From: Selaginella moellendorffii
Taxonomy: Eukaryota; Plantae; Lycopodiophyta
Reading direction: 5' to 3'
Assembly (NCBI RefSeq): GCF_000143415.4
Contig: NW_003314309.1
Coordinates: forward strand, 1-64,000
DNA: 64,000 nt
Shown here: positions 1 to 12,182 of the stretch, piece by piece
Numbering within the stretch: the first letter of the stretch is position 1
How the letters are laid out: the number at the start of each line of letters is the position of its first letter
Position numbers and translations under genes: made by a program
The notes under the pieces: model-generated
Told to the model about the DNA's origin: nothing
Database searches by the model: none
What the model saw: only the letters and a program-made list of their open reading frames with translations

Positions 1-2307
1 CGGTTATCTCTCGGGGTTTTTCCTGCCACCTGGGCCGAGCTTCCATCGCTGGCTCGCCTGGACCTCTCGCAAAACGGCCTCTCCTCGCTGGAAGTCCCTT
101 GCAAAAATACGCAGCTCAACCTCCTCAACTTGAGCTCCAATTCCCTGCAAGAGTTCCCCGGAAATCTCTCCAACCTCAAGAGTTTGGAAAGCCTGGACCT
201 CAGTGGGAACTTCTTAACAGTGGCCGGACTCCCAAAGTTTAGCTTGACGCTGCGATCGCTCAACCTGTCCATCAACAACTTAACTGGGAGCTTTTCCATT
301 GGTGGTAACCTGGGACTGGAGGCACTGGAACTCTCGCAGAACGGACTCAGCGGCTCCATTCCAGAAACTTTCGGGGAGATGACGAACTTGAAGCGCCTGG
401 ACATATCGTATAACAGGTTTAGAGGAGATCTACCCGATATTTGGAGCAAGAACTTGGAGCTCAGGTACATGCGTATCTCCAACAATTCGCTCCATGGTGG
501 TTTGCCACCGAGCTTGAGAAGGCTACGCAAGCTCTCTGTTTTACGCGCTGCATACAACTCTCTCTCCGGGCCACTGGAGCTGGAAGATGGCAACTTTGCA
601 AGCATCGAGGTTTTGAACCTCGGGCTAAACGGGTTTAGCGGAACGATCCCGGCTACGCTGGGAAGCTTGAGGAACTTGAAGATCCTGGTTCTCACGGGGA
701 ATCATTTTAGTGGCGCCATACCACTGGAGCTTGGAAACTGGTCGAACATCAGAGAGATATGGCTTGACAGCAATAACTTGACTGGAACAATCCCAGGCGA
801 GCTCTCGAAGCTCTCGCATCTCCAGAGGGTGGTTCTCACGGGGAATCGTTTTAGTGGCGCCATACCGTCGGAGCTTGGAAACTGGTCGAACATCAGGGAG
901 ATATGGCTCAACAACAATAACTTGACTGGAACAATCCCAGGCGAGCTCTCGAAGCTCTCGCATCTCCAGAAGCTGGTTCTCACGGGGAATCGTTTTAGTG
1001 GCGCCATACCTCCAGAGCTTGGAAACTGGTCGAACATCAAAGAGATATGGCTCGATAGCAATAACTTGACTGGAACAATCCCAGGCGAGCTCTCGAAGCT
1101 CTCGCATCTCCAGCAGCTGGTTCTCACGGGGAATCGTTTTAGTGGCGCCATCCCAGGCGAGCTCTCGAAGCTCTCGCATCTCCAAAGGGTGGTTCTCATG
1201 GGGAATCGTTTTAGTGGCGCCATACCTCCGGAGCTTGGAAACTGGTCAAACATCAGGGAGATATGGCTCAACGGCAATGATTTGACTGGAACAATCCCAG
1301 GCGAGCTCTCGAAGCTCTCACATCTCCAGCAGCTAGTTCTCAGCAGTAACGACATCGGTGGGGAGCTCCCTTCTGGACTCTCCAACTGCACTGAGCTCGT
1401 CGTTCTCTGGCTGGGGCAGAACAAGTTCTCTGGAAATCTCCCTGACAGCTTCGGGAATTTGAGCCGCCTGCTCCTTCTGTCGCTTTCCAGCAACGATCTT
1501 GTCGGTTCAATCCCGGCCATATTGCAAAACATGTCGTCTCTGCAGTTCCTCTTCCTCTCAAACAACAGCTTCAGCGGCTCCATACCGGACTGGCTTCCCA
1601 GGCTCACGAACTTACGAGCCATGGACTTCTCGGTTAACAGGTTCTCTGGGGAGATGCCAGAAAGCATTGGCCGACTGTTTGCCAACGTCCAGCTTTACAA
1701 CAAGAACAAACGGTCTGTGATGATTCAAACCACGCGAGGACTCCTCTACAACGGCTTCGCCTTCCCGACCTCCATAGACTTCTCCTTCAACCAGCTGACT
1801 GGAAGCATTCCAGCTGCCATTGGCGACCTCTACAAGCTCCAGGTGCTGCACCTGAGCCACAACCAGCTAACAGGTCCCATTCCCGAGTCCCTGGGGAAGG
1901 CAAGGAATCTCTCCTGGGTGGAGCTTGCGAGCAATCGTCTCAATGGCTCCATACCATCGTCCGTGGCGGACCTCTCGTTTCTCACCATCTTCGACGTCTC
2001 CAACAACAGCCTGGTGGGACGGATACCTGACAGCCCGCAACTCTCGTCCATGGACGCGGCTCTCTTCGCTGGGAATCACCTCTGTGGCTTGCCACTGACC
2101 AACACCTGTTCGAGCACTGCTATGCCGCCACATAAGCTTAGAACAGAGGGACAAGGTGGTAGCGAACAGGACCAAAGAGAGGTGATAACACTTGTCAGCG
2201 TTGCCATCTTCGTGGCAGCCTTCTTCAACGCGTTCTTCTGGACCTACTTTGCGGCAAACCGCAGAGCTCATTCCCAGCTCTGTGGATGCTGGCAATCAAA
2301 TCTCTAG
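1..2307 (+). CDS. LRR receptor-like protein copy 1 (5' end outside window; LRRs, island domain, TM helix, short tail, no kinase)
   Basis: Frame 1 is open from base 1 to TAG 2305-2307. Plant extracellular LRR consensus LxLxxNxLxGxIP, GNxLCG C-cap, TM VITLVSVAIFVAAFFNAFFW, ~16-aa tail. The listed TTG start at 130 is internal by comparison with copy 2. Confidence 0.9.
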   Translation, partial: RLSLGVFPATWAELPSLARLDLSQNGLSSLEVPCKNTQLNLLNLSSNSLQEFPGNLSNLKSLESLDLSGNFLTVAGLPKFSLTLRSLNLSINNLTGSFSIGGNLGLEALELSQNGLSGSIPETFGEMTNLKRLDISYNRFRGDLPDIWSKNLELRYMRISNNSLHGGLPPSLRRLRKLSVLRAAYNSLSGPLELEDGNFASIEVLNLGLNGFSGTIPATLGSLRNLKILVLTGNHFSGAIPLELGNWSNIREIWLDSNNLTGTIPGELSKLSHLQRVVLTGNRFSGAIPSELGNWSNIREIWLNNNNLTGTIPGELSKLSHLQKLVLTGNRFSGAIPPELGNWSNIKEIWLDSNNLTGTIPGELSKLSHLQQLVLTGNRFSGAIPGELSKLSHLQRVVLMGNRFSGAIPPELGNWSNIREIWLNGNDLTGTIPGELSKLSHLQQLVLSSNDIGGELPSGLSNCTELVVLWLGQNKFSGNLPDSFGNLSRLLLLSLSSNDLVGSIPAILQNMSSLQFLFLSNNSFSGSIPDWLPRLTNLRAMDFSVNRFSGEMPESIGRLFANVQLYNKNKRSVMIQTTRGLLYNGFAFPTSIDFSFNQLTGSIPAAIGDLYKLQVLHLSHNQLTGPIPESLGKARNLSWVELASNRLNGSIPSSVADLSFLTIFDVSNNSLVGRIPDSPQLSSMDAALFAGNHLCGLPLTNTCSSTAMPPHKLRTEGQGGSEQDQREVITLVSVAIFVAAFFNAFFWTYFAANRRAHSQLCGCWQSNL
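685..1332 (+). repeat. In-frame tandem array of 144-bp (48-aa, two-LRR) modules, 4.5 units
   Basis: Module LVLxGNxFSGAIPxELGNWSNIREIWLxxNxLTGTIPGELSKLSHLQx is repeated; a 72-bp hybrid half unit lies at 1117-1188. Confidence 0.95.
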
Positions 2308-4690
2308 CTCGTCCACCATGTTGCTGCCGTCCTTTCTACCTTCCAGTTTGTAATCCATCACGACTGCTTGATGAAGTGAACTCTTCTTATCCGCTTTCAA
2401 GGCCGCCTCCTGTATAGTCTTGAGCTTATCATGATCCTCCCACAGCCCCGCGCTCCGGTAGATGCTCGCCAGCAGAACGTACGCAGCCGAGTCATTCTCG
2501 TCGATCTTCGTCAGTGCCTCAAACGCACTTCCACTTACAGCAGGCCCCGAGGACGCTCCTCCAAACCACAGCATCCGCTCTCAAAGGCATGCTCTCGAGG
2601 ACTTTCAAGGCCTCTTCCAGTCGGTTACGAGATCCACCAAGCTGCTGTAGTGATGAATCCCGCAAACAATGCCAGAGTCCGGGTCCATTGCCTGGAAAAA
2701 CTCCCTGCCTCGTTCAACTAGGCCGCCGTGGCTGCAAGCAATGATGACCGAGACAAACGTGATTGCGTTTGCTCGCACGCCATCTTCTCGCATCTCGCGA
2801 AAGGCTTCGAACACGCGCGACGTGTCACCCTGTTGGCCGAATCCCGTGATCAGTGCATTCCAGGCGACGATATCTCGGACTGCCAGAGATCCAAACAAGT
2901 GCTCGGCCGCACTCATAACTCCGCACTTCCTGTAGAAGTTTACTCCCCACAACTTGATCGTCTTCCAGCCCACGCCTGTAAAGCTCAGCCTGGATTTTCC
3001 TTCCACTCCAAGAGTTCCAGCCCGAGCTCACTCTCACCGTTGTCTATATATCCCTGTATCAAGCTCGTCCAAACGACAACGTCCCGGCTACGCATGCGTT
3101 TGAAAACTGCTCGAGCTTTCACCATATCTCCACACTTGGCATACATGTCCACCAAGCTGCTCCCGACAAATCTGTGCTCGCAGCGTCCAAACTTCGCGGC
3201 GAGAGAATGAATCTCCATCCCCTTTTCTAGGCTCTGGATTCGCACTAGCTTTCCATCTTCTCGCGGAACAGGTGCCTCGGACGCTGAAAGGTGGACGCAG
3301 GCCATGAGCGCAGCAACAAACGTTCTCTCGTCCGGATCGTCCTCCCGAGCCATGCCGAAGAACAGCTCCAAGGCCAGCTTGCTGTCTCCACTTACATCGG
3401 CCAGCCATGCCATCAAAGACCTTGCGAGCTTCCTCTAGCTTCTCACACTTCGCGTACATATCGATCAGAGTGTTCCCCACGAACACGTCCTCACAGCACC
3501 TGTTGTTTGAAGCTTCACCGTGGATAGCCACCCCGGTTTCCAAGCTCTTTCTCTTCACGAGTTTGCCGTCGACATCCACCGCTTCTTCTCGCATTGCCGA
3601 GCTCGCACAGGCGGCAAGCGCAGCAACACACGTCCGAGAGTTTGGACAGCACCCAGATAGCTTCATATCTTCGAAGAACACGAGAGCCAGCTCGCTTTCC
3701 CCGTTGTCCACAAAGCCTTGTTCAAGCTCGTCCAGAGCACGACATCACGACGAGGCATGCTCTCGAAAACCATCCGCGCGTCGACCATGCTCCCACACTT
3801 TGAGTACATGGTACTTGGCTGCTCCCCACGAACATATCTCCGCAGCAGTGGCTTTTCACAGCTCCATCGTGAACAGCGAGCCCCTTCTCCAGGCTCTTCG
3901 TCTTCCCCATCTTTTGGTGGCCTCCTCTTTCACTGCTAGATTCGCACAGCCCTTGGCAGCAGCAACGAAAGTCCGAGAGTTTGGCGAGCAGCCCATCTTC
4001 CCAAAGAACTCGAGAGCGACCTCGCTTTCTCCATTCTCTACGTATCCCAGTATCAACGCGTTCCAGGAGACCACGTCTCGCTGTGGCATCTCATCGAAGA
4101 CCGATCGAGCATCGAGCATGATGCCGCACTTAGTTCGAGAGGAAAACGTCTTCGCTGCAAGACGGTCCCATCTGCTTGGCTTGAGAATGGATGCCTCTGC
4201 CGGTCTCGAGACTAGCCTCCTTGACGAGCTTCCCATCGACCAAAACAGCGTCTTCCTTCGCCGCAAGGCTGCTACAAGCCTTTGCCGCGTCCTGGAGTTT
4301 GGCTTGCAGCCCGACCGCCTGGCTTGCATCCTCTCGAAGAGATCCAGAGCCACATCGCTCTCGCCATTGGAGACGTAGCCCAGCATCAAGGACATCACGT
4401 TTGGGTGAAGAATGCTGTCGAACACGCGGCGGGAATCCTCCATGCTGCCGCATTTCTCGTACATGTCCACCAGCGCATTGACAACATGGATCCCCAGCTG
4501 CTTGCTCTCCGCCGCCTGGGCGTGGATCGCCCAGGCGCAAATTGCCCTTGCGCAAATCCGTTGTGACCTTCAACGCCGACACCTGCTGATCGGGCGCCCG
4601 CGGCGGCGCTGCCGAAGGAGCGAATGCTGGTGCGGCGTATCGAATCGCTGCCGTCGCCAAGTCCCATCCATCGCAAGAACCCTAAAAATT
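2296..4690 (-). pseudogene. PLS-class PPR protein with E domain, multiply frameshifted (copy 1)
   Basis: Motifs split across frames: NALVDMYxKCG, RDVVSWNALI, ITFVSVIIACSHGGLVERG, HYSSLVDL, E-domain AAYVLLASIYRSAGLWE. No DYW domain. 5' boundary approximate. Confidence 0.88.
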
Positions 4691-4785
4691 TGCAAGGAGC
4701 AAAGCCCTAACCCTAAAAACATGGAAATTCAACCAAGGCCGTCGATTCAAGAATATCTGACGGTTGGAAATGAATCGGGGACCAT

Positions 4786-5350
4786 TAGCCTGGAAAAACC
4801 TTGAAGGAAAAATCGCCCTGTACAACCCAGCGTAGCCTTGGATGCGAACAATGTGCCTCAGCGCGCTCGCATCTCCGGTCGCCCTCGAGTTAAGTCGATC
4901 GGAAACACCGCTGAAAACAGGAACTATGGCGATCAAGCGTAATCGCTCTTAAGACTCTTACCTGTTGAGGCAGCGATTCCTGCTACTCCACCGGAGATCA
5001 AGCTCGTCACCATCCTACTCGGGCCTGAAAGTAAACATGCAACGCCAGGAGGCCTAAGCTTGTCAAAACTGTGTTTACCAATGCGATGGTGCTCTGTGCC
5101 TGTAAAGCTTTTCCAAAAATTTCTCACACTCTGAAACTAAAAAAAAATCCAACTTTGAGCGTTCCAGTAGTTGTAGAGAGTGTCATACAAGCAGAAGATT
5201 ATCGCAATCGTTGGGCCTATGGCAGGAGTCAAGTCTGTGGCATTTGGCAGGGAGGAAAACCAATACCAAAAGTGTCGGTCAGAGTTCCTTATAAAGGCTA
5301 AGAAAGCTCTCCTGTTGATGGATTGTGAAAAGGGTGTGATAGATGCGGAT
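4786..5350 (-). pseudogene. Mitochondrial carrier (SLC25) gene fragment, C-terminal part with introns
   Basis: Exon translations HTLFTIHQQESFLSLYKEL*PTLL / AIGPTIAIIFCLYDTL / SLISGGVAGIAAST / AVFPIDL / ALRHIVRIQGYAGLYRAIFP match carrier PxD and GxxGLY[KR] signatures, with GT-AG junctions. Stops and deletions present. Confidence 0.75.
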
Positions 5351-6894
5351 GCACAGCAACATCTACACGCAAGAGCACGAAAGCTGTCAAGGGAACAACC
5401 AACAACAAAGATCACAAAGCTCAAGGTGAGGAAATTTAGGAGAAGACTCAGGAACAAGATCCTGAACATGTAACCACTTTGCAGGTTCCAAGCTTACAGT
5501 CGTCAAACTAGAGTGTAATGTGAACATGACCCAGCAGGAGCAGTCTCCAGCATCTCCACTGCACACAGCAACACCAACACAACTAGTTCTCAATGCTGAT
5601 GCCGATGCCGACAACATGCTGCATCACTGCAAACACCACAGTTGAGAGCATCCTGAGCAGGAGTGACACTGCAAGCCTGAGCTTACATTGGATCTTAAGC
5701 TTGGCATTTCTCCAGTTTGTGGACAAAATGCAGTGTCTCCAGTCAACACCATAGATGCCGATACCAACAGATTTTGCGAGGCTTTTCCACAACAAGCAGA
5801 TGAGCATTTTCATGTGAGACAGAGTCCAATCAACACCTTTGTCTACCAGCCCCTAGATGCGAAGTTCACGAAGATCCAGAACCATATTCTCCAGCTCAAG
5901 AGGAGCATTCGAGGTACAACTTTCTAGGATCTGTATGCACAAAGACTTAGTGCATGAACAAGGAACTCCCCAAGGAGAATGCAGAGCTTTGCAATGAGAT
6001 CCGACAACTCAAGGTGAAGCAGCTGTAGGGATAGGGTGTGCTATAACAAAAGAACAAGTTCAAGAATGAGCTCTCTGAAGTTATAGCAGCAACAAAACAG
6101 CCCAATGCCATGGAGAAGTGAGAGCTTCAAGATGAAACTCAATTCAGTTATCGGAGAAAAGTGGAGCATAAAAAATCAACTTTATATTTAGAAACATCAT
6201 CTAAAGTCTTGAAATTTAAACCTTGAAACTCAAGAACAAGAATGAGTGGCAATTGCCCCATGTAGAATAAATTAAGGGGGTGAGTTAACACTCAAATTCT
6301 CTTGAGTACTCTAAATTTTGAGCAAATGGACGTGCATTAATGATAGAAGGCTGGAGTACAAAGAAAGGGATCGATGCAAATCTTATCTTTGCTTATGACT
6401 TTGACAAAAGGTTTTTTAGGGATTAAAGGACTCAAGTCATTCCTTTTTTACTTTTTATATGTTTATTCATGTCTAGCTGAAGCAAAATGCAAAATCAAGT
6501 CAAACAAATGTAGTAGTAAGCATCCACTCTACTCTCACCTTTTCTCTTTCACTCTTATTTTCTTTCCTCTTTCTTTCTTTTCTAGTACAAGTTTTTAGTA
6601 TATAGACTTTTACCCAAGTTTTTAAGAATGACTTGTTCTAACCTTTAAAGAGATGATTGCAAAATATATGAACTTTCAACATTTAGATTGAGATGGATAT
6701 TTGCCATTTCTTTGTTCGTGTTTCACCTTATAAACTTTTGTATGGTCATTATTTGATATTGCTAATAGAGTTGAGTTTACTTTCATGATTGCTATAGGCT
6801 GCCAATATTAAGTTTTGGGATCAATATTTAATAAGCATTCTTCTACTCATTTGAGTGGAGTTTATTCAGCACTTAAGCTGTATATAAGTGGGAT

Positions 6895-7345
6895 AATAAC
6901 AACACAACAACTTCCATCATCGTCCATCAGTGGAGTACAAAGTGGATGATTTAGTATTAATCTATTTTCCCAATGTTACAGTATATGGTTTGTCTAAGGG
7001 GCTCCTTATTCAATAGAAGGGACCATATTAAGTGTTATGGTAAGTTAAACTGCATGTTTATAAAGTTTGGCAAAACATTCAACAAACTAATCCTCTAAAA
7101 ATTATGCATATGGAATAACTTAAACACTTTGTATAAAGGAATCCACTAATGCCTCTTTCTGATGTTCCTCTAGATCCTAGTTTGTTAACCTGAAAACCTT
7201 AACTACCTTTCATCCTTTTAAAAGAATAGGATGATATGAAGTTTAAGTGTATAGTTATGATGTTGCATATAAATATTAGTATAATTTTTTAGACCACTCA
7301 CTTTTGTATATAAACTATGGTTTTTATGCTAATTAAGATGCATAT
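6895..7345 (+). mobile_element. Decayed integrase C-terminus plus LTR of the gypsy family at 35787-40654
   Basis: Matches the reverse complement of ~35820-36200 (EYKVDDLVL..KGPY, PPT, LTR) with many C>T/G>A changes. A second copy lies at ~33500-33912. Confidence 0.75.
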
Positions 7346-7528
7346 TTCTATATGCACTAAGAGTGCTACTTAAACTATAAGTGAGGCTAGAAAATAAACC
7401 CTTTTAATGGCATCTTTCTCAATATTAGATCAAGAGAGTAATAAATAGCTCAATGAAGTTATCAGTCTTTATACTTTTTCTTAGTGAAAATCTTATAACT
7501 TAATTATTTTATTAGTACTATATACTTA

Positions 7529-7551
7529 ATATATATATATATATATATATA
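7529..7551. repeat. (AT)n microsatellite
   Basis: About 11 AT units; not expanded in the paralogous sites near 24118 and 34152. Confidence 0.85.
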
Positions 7552-7818
7552 AAATCAATATAATTCATTAGGAGTAGGTATAATATAACTAGTAAATTTT
7601 AGAAATATAATAGATTTACATTTAAATAGGACAGAAAAAAAAGTTAAATAGAGAATGGATAAAAATGAAAATACAAGTGATAGAGAAAAAACCATTGATA
7701 TTTTATCACTTGAAAAGTTCTTCACCACTTAAGAAATAATAAGCTTAAATAGAATATTAATTATATAGTATTTTAATTCCTTTAAAAAATTAAATATCCT
7801 TAATTTTTTTAAGGGGAG

Positions 7819-8166
7819 GTAAACTCCTGAATTTTGACTTCTTAGGAGGTCACCCAACCAAGTACCATTCAAACCCAAGAACACTTAACCCAAAATATCC
7901 CAAAATTCTTAACTGATTGAAAAAAAATATACATTCTTATTTATGGGCCCTTTCCTTGTATATTTGAACTATCTCTCAAATTATTTTAAACTTCCCGGGA
8001 GAGGTCACTTAGCCCAGTACCATTCAAACCTAAAGATGCTTAACTCCAAATATTTTAAGACCCTTAACCGATTGAAAAAAGAGGTGCATTCTTATTCATA
8101 GGCCTTTTCTTTCTATATTTAAACCTTATGAACTGTTTCTCGAGTTATTCTCTTTAGTTACTAACA
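7819..8166 (-). mobile_element. Cassandra-like TRIM (5S rRNA-derived LTRs), internally deleted copy
   Basis: Two tandem LTR units, each with a reverse-complement 5S core (7836-7889, ~7990-8045). Ends ctaaca followed by AAAGC. Confidence 0.75.
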
Positions 8167-8231
8167 AAAGCATTTAAGGTTACCAAATGGTATTACTTAA
8201 AAAACAAGCAAGTATATTTTTAAGGGCAATT

Positions 8232-8747
8232 TGTAATGTATGTGGTTTTTACCCTTTATTTTATAGTGATTTACTATAGGATAACCACAAAGTAGAACTT
8301 AAACCCTCTATATGCCACATGTCATATACCACATGTCTAAAGTACAATGGTGTGGAACCCAAGTTTTAGAGCCTTAACCCATTGAACGAAAGAACAATGC
8401 TAAACTTTTAGATATGGACCCAAGGAGCAAAAGTATTAAAGCATGGAGTAACTCCCAAATGTATAACTCAAGTAGCGAAGGGACATGAGCACGGAGCAAC
8501 TTGGAATAGTCCTAAAGCATCTAACATCTCAATACTAAAACCAACACGCAAAATAGAGCCAAACAAAGTTTAATGCTATTTCAATATATTAATGCATAAT
8601 GCAAAAATACTTCACCAATTAACATGGTATGAAACTTGGGGTTTAGATGTAAGCCAAATGCAAAACAAGGACAAACACACAAGTGGAAGCTAAATTATAC
8701 TTCAAGTTAGTTAACCATGTTATCCCTACTATATATTTGGAACCCCC
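8232..8747 (-). mobile_element. Truncated, decayed LTR of the 50315-57590 family, fused to the MSH3 3' end
   Basis: Starts TGTAAT and aligns by eye with 50315-~50868. Confidence 0.8.
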
Positions 8748-11700
8748 AGCTGGAGCTTCACCTTTTGTGCCACTTCCTGCACAGAGCTTTTGTCAAGGTC
8801 TCCTTCCGGGCTCTCCACAAGATATGACATATGGCATGCTTGAACCCGGCTGGGAAAGAGCTTCACCACCTCCGTGACGTTCAAGTAGTGAGTAACGAAG
8901 AGCGTGAAGCATTGAACCTCTTGGAGAAGGTGATGGAGCGTTGCATACGCAATGGCAAGGCTGTCGTGCGTGCTGGTTCCTCTTTCCAGCTCGTCGATGA
9001 CTACCAGCGAGCGAGAAGTTGCCTTGTGGAGGATAGTTGAAGCTTCGCTCAGCTCCTCAAAAAACGTACTGGAGCCCCTCTGGATTCTGTCCATCGCCCC
9101 CATTCTCGTAAACACGGCAACGAATACATGCAGTTTGGCTGTCGCGGCTGGAACATACAATCCTATCTGCACGATAACAAAACATACGGAGTGAAAAGAA
9201 ATAAAGATAGTTGCGAACCTGGGACATGATTGTGATTAGAGCAACTTGACGGATGTAGCAACTTTTACCACCCATGTTTGGACCAGTGATTATTTGCGAT
9301 CGTTCACCCTCACCAGAAAGAACTGTGTCATTTGGTACAAATGCATCTTGCAGAGTCGAATCTAGGACCTGCTCGGAAAGAAATTCCAGTAATAATATTA
9401 AACGACAAGAGCAAAAGAAACAAACCGGATGTCGACCACCTTCTATCTTCAAAAGGCACGCTTCATCCACGAACTCCGGTCGAACATACCCCTGAAGCAC
9501 ATTTTTCATTCAGATAAGCGTTGAAAAACACAAGGAGACAGACCTGATTGCACGAGACAACAGCAAGGGAATAAAGACAGTCGAGAGCTGCTAGTGCCTG
9601 TACTGCAGCCCGGAACTCCATGTGATAGGAGGTAAAGCCAGTCAGGAACATGTCCCATGCTTTGGCGCAAGATATATTTAATTGCTCCTTTGCAAGTGCC
9701 ATTCTTTCCGATGCTTCCAAGACCTCCGGAGGATGATAGCGGTTTGCCTTTTTCGTACTGTTTATTTTAACCCAATCTGCAGGTACACGCTGCGCACATG
9801 GAACCTGAAACTACAAGCTTTTAGCAATCAAATAACTGAATTGAGAAAAAGAAAGTACCTCGACCAAAAACGACATTCCCGAGACGCTCAAGTATTCCAG
9901 ATTTGAACACTTCAACAGTTTCCGATAACTGGGAAGAAAACTTTCGAGATCCTCCTCAATACTTTTTATGTTCTCTTTGCATTCGTCTACCTGAAACACG
10001 ACTTAAACGAAGTCTGGGAAACGATAACAAACCTCGGGATACTGGCCGGCAACAAACAAGTTAATCTTATCCCCAGCTGCTGCTGCCTCTGCATTCAAAC
10101 TTGTCACAAGCTTGTTTGCGTGATCTATCACTGAAGTTGAAGTCACTGCGGAGATTAGCCTGATGAGGAGCGCAGACCTGGCGTCGCGAACCCGTTGAAA
10201 CTGGGACGCTGCTTTCATAATCGCATTAATCACGTTAATGAACTGCAGCAAACATTACGGTCAGAAAAGAATAACCACAGGATTACAGAAAAGGAAAGGT
10301 ACCTCATACGTTGTTGCTGTTTTGTGATAAATTCTTGTGATACCACGCTCAAGATCAGGCAATTTTCCCAGCAGCAACAACGTTGAAGCTAAAGTTGCAA
10401 CTGTTGTGCCTCTGCCTTTATCTCCAATGGATTCGGCAATTTCCGCAACGGCGTCTAAACGTTGAGAAATAAGCATGCGGTCTCTTAACGGATGGGCCAC
10501 CTGAAAATAGACATGAGTGGAAAAAACGAAAAATCCAAGATTGTGACTGAGACCAAACTCCTTACCCAATACTTAAGCAGCCTCGCGCCAAAAGCAGTTT
10601 TTGTGTGGTTCATAAGCCAGAATAAAGATCCGTTTTCAGTACCATCAGTTTGGTTATGTAGAATCTAGAAAGAAAAAACTTGTTACTGGTAAGTAAACAT
10701 CGCATTCAGTGGTTACCTCAAGCTGGCGGATGGTATTGGGCGAGAGCGTCATCTCTTGCTGTCCGGCAAATGGTCGGAAAAGAGCTCCTAAGCGCAATAC
10801 ATTTTCCAGATTAAACTGCTTCAGATAAGCAAATATATGCGCAAACGCAGCAACCACGATTTCTGGCATCGTCATCAACGCCTGCAAACTTCAATTCTCA
10901 TCCGATAGTGTAATCAAGACAACTAGAAAATTACCTCTAACCCTGCATCAACCTTCTCGTCCAGACAGCCTTTCTTAGAAGACGCCAAGCTCCCGTAGAA
11001 GTCCGCAAGAGCAGCAACAGTACCGCCATTTTCAAACGAGTTCTCAGGCGTCTTCTCGGCTCGAACATCCGCTGCGCCTGCATAGTCCATCAACAACTAT
11101 ACAAAAATCACCATCATTCATATACAACCCGATCAGAGAAAAGAAAAAAAAGCTTACCTTCTTTGTAGAAGTGGACAAGGACGCAGATAAAAGAAGTTCT
11201 GCGGGAGCACACGCAAGCAAGCGTGATTCCAGTTCCGTCCTGGTGACAGTGTCCAGAAAGTGGCCATACATCACGTCTCTGGTCGAGGTTTCCACGGCCA
11301 CCACCCCAAATCTAGCATCAAAACTTCCCTTCACTTCATCCTTTCCAGCGTTGGCCTTGTGCTCGGTGATTGCCTCCTCCACAACACACATGATATAGCT
11401 GCTAAGACGAATAGGTCCATCCCTTTCCCCGCTCTCTTCTCCCCCAAGAAACTCCCCGGCCTCGAGCGTGGCCTTGGTATATAGCGCCGAGAGATCTCTC
11501 GAGAATGGGCCAGCCTTGTTCGTCCCGTGAGCTTTGATAGCCGCTGTCTCGGTCTGCTTGACAACGCCAACTTTGTAGCCAGCTTCCACAAGCCTTCTCA
11601 CATGTACGTGCAGCCGGAACGTTGGAACGCTGGCAGTGAGAAAGTTGTGGCTGTAGTAAGCAACGATTCCCAAAACATTGGCTGCTTTCTCCGCATCCTC

Positions 11701-12153
11701 TCCGAAAAATCGAAACTTGTATCCCACCTCGACCATGAGAAGGATGTCTGGGAATGTCTTCTTGAGCTCCACAATCTGCTGCTCCAGAGGAGTAAGCTTC
11801 TCCTTCCCTGACGGTGGCTTTCCATAAAAGGAGGAATTTCCACCACCGCCATCCCTGTCCCCCTCTCCAAGAAGAACATCTACAAACTTTCTACGCCTGT
11901 CTTTAATCGCTTCCCCCGATATTCCGCAATCGGCATCCTTCCCATCGCCCGCCCCGGCGTCTACATCTAAATTCAAGCACCGTTTCTTACTCGCGCTGGC
12001 CGCATTCTCGGCTGATCGCCTGAGATGATGCGGCGATGGCCACACTAGTGTGGGAGCCCGCGATGCATCGGTCTCACCTCGCTTGAAGAAGCTGGGGATG
12101 ATCGCCTGGCCCTTGGCGGCGGCAGCGCCCTCGTCCTTCTTTCTCTTTCCCAT
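8748..12153 (-). pseudogene. MSH3: DNA mismatch repair protein MSH3, 3'-truncated (copy 1)
   Basis: ATG at 12153, PIP box QAIIPSFF, MSH3-type TPLEQQ..EVGYKFRFFGEDA, Walker [20 protein letters not shown], short GT-AG introns. DELGRGTST is altered to DELERGTST and the gene is cut at the TFLYKL position by an LTR. Confidence 0.9.
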
Positions 12154-12182
12154 TCAAAAACTTATAAACCCTAAGATTCTTT

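Larger units (their letters stand above)
5641..8231. repeat. Segment paralogous to 32205-34515 (decayed retroelement debris and AT-rich spacer)
   Basis: Colinear similarity from gttgagagcatcc to aagcaagtata..ggcaatt; PPT-like aaattaagggggtg near 6270. Confidence 0.8.

Noticed and set aside
1-20. Frameshifting deletions at the start of RLP copy 1
   Set aside because: Several single-base losses clustered in the first 20 nt look like low-quality contig-end sequence rather than real lesions.
5180-6290. Plus-strand ORFs 5180-5473 and 5688-5927 as genes
   Set aside because: No recognisable motifs. The first is antisense to carrier exons, and the second is not preserved in the paralogue at 32.2 kb.
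7836-7889. Genuine 5S rRNA gene
   Set aside because: Only the ~54-nt internal core is present, degenerate and embedded in LTRs with a TSD.
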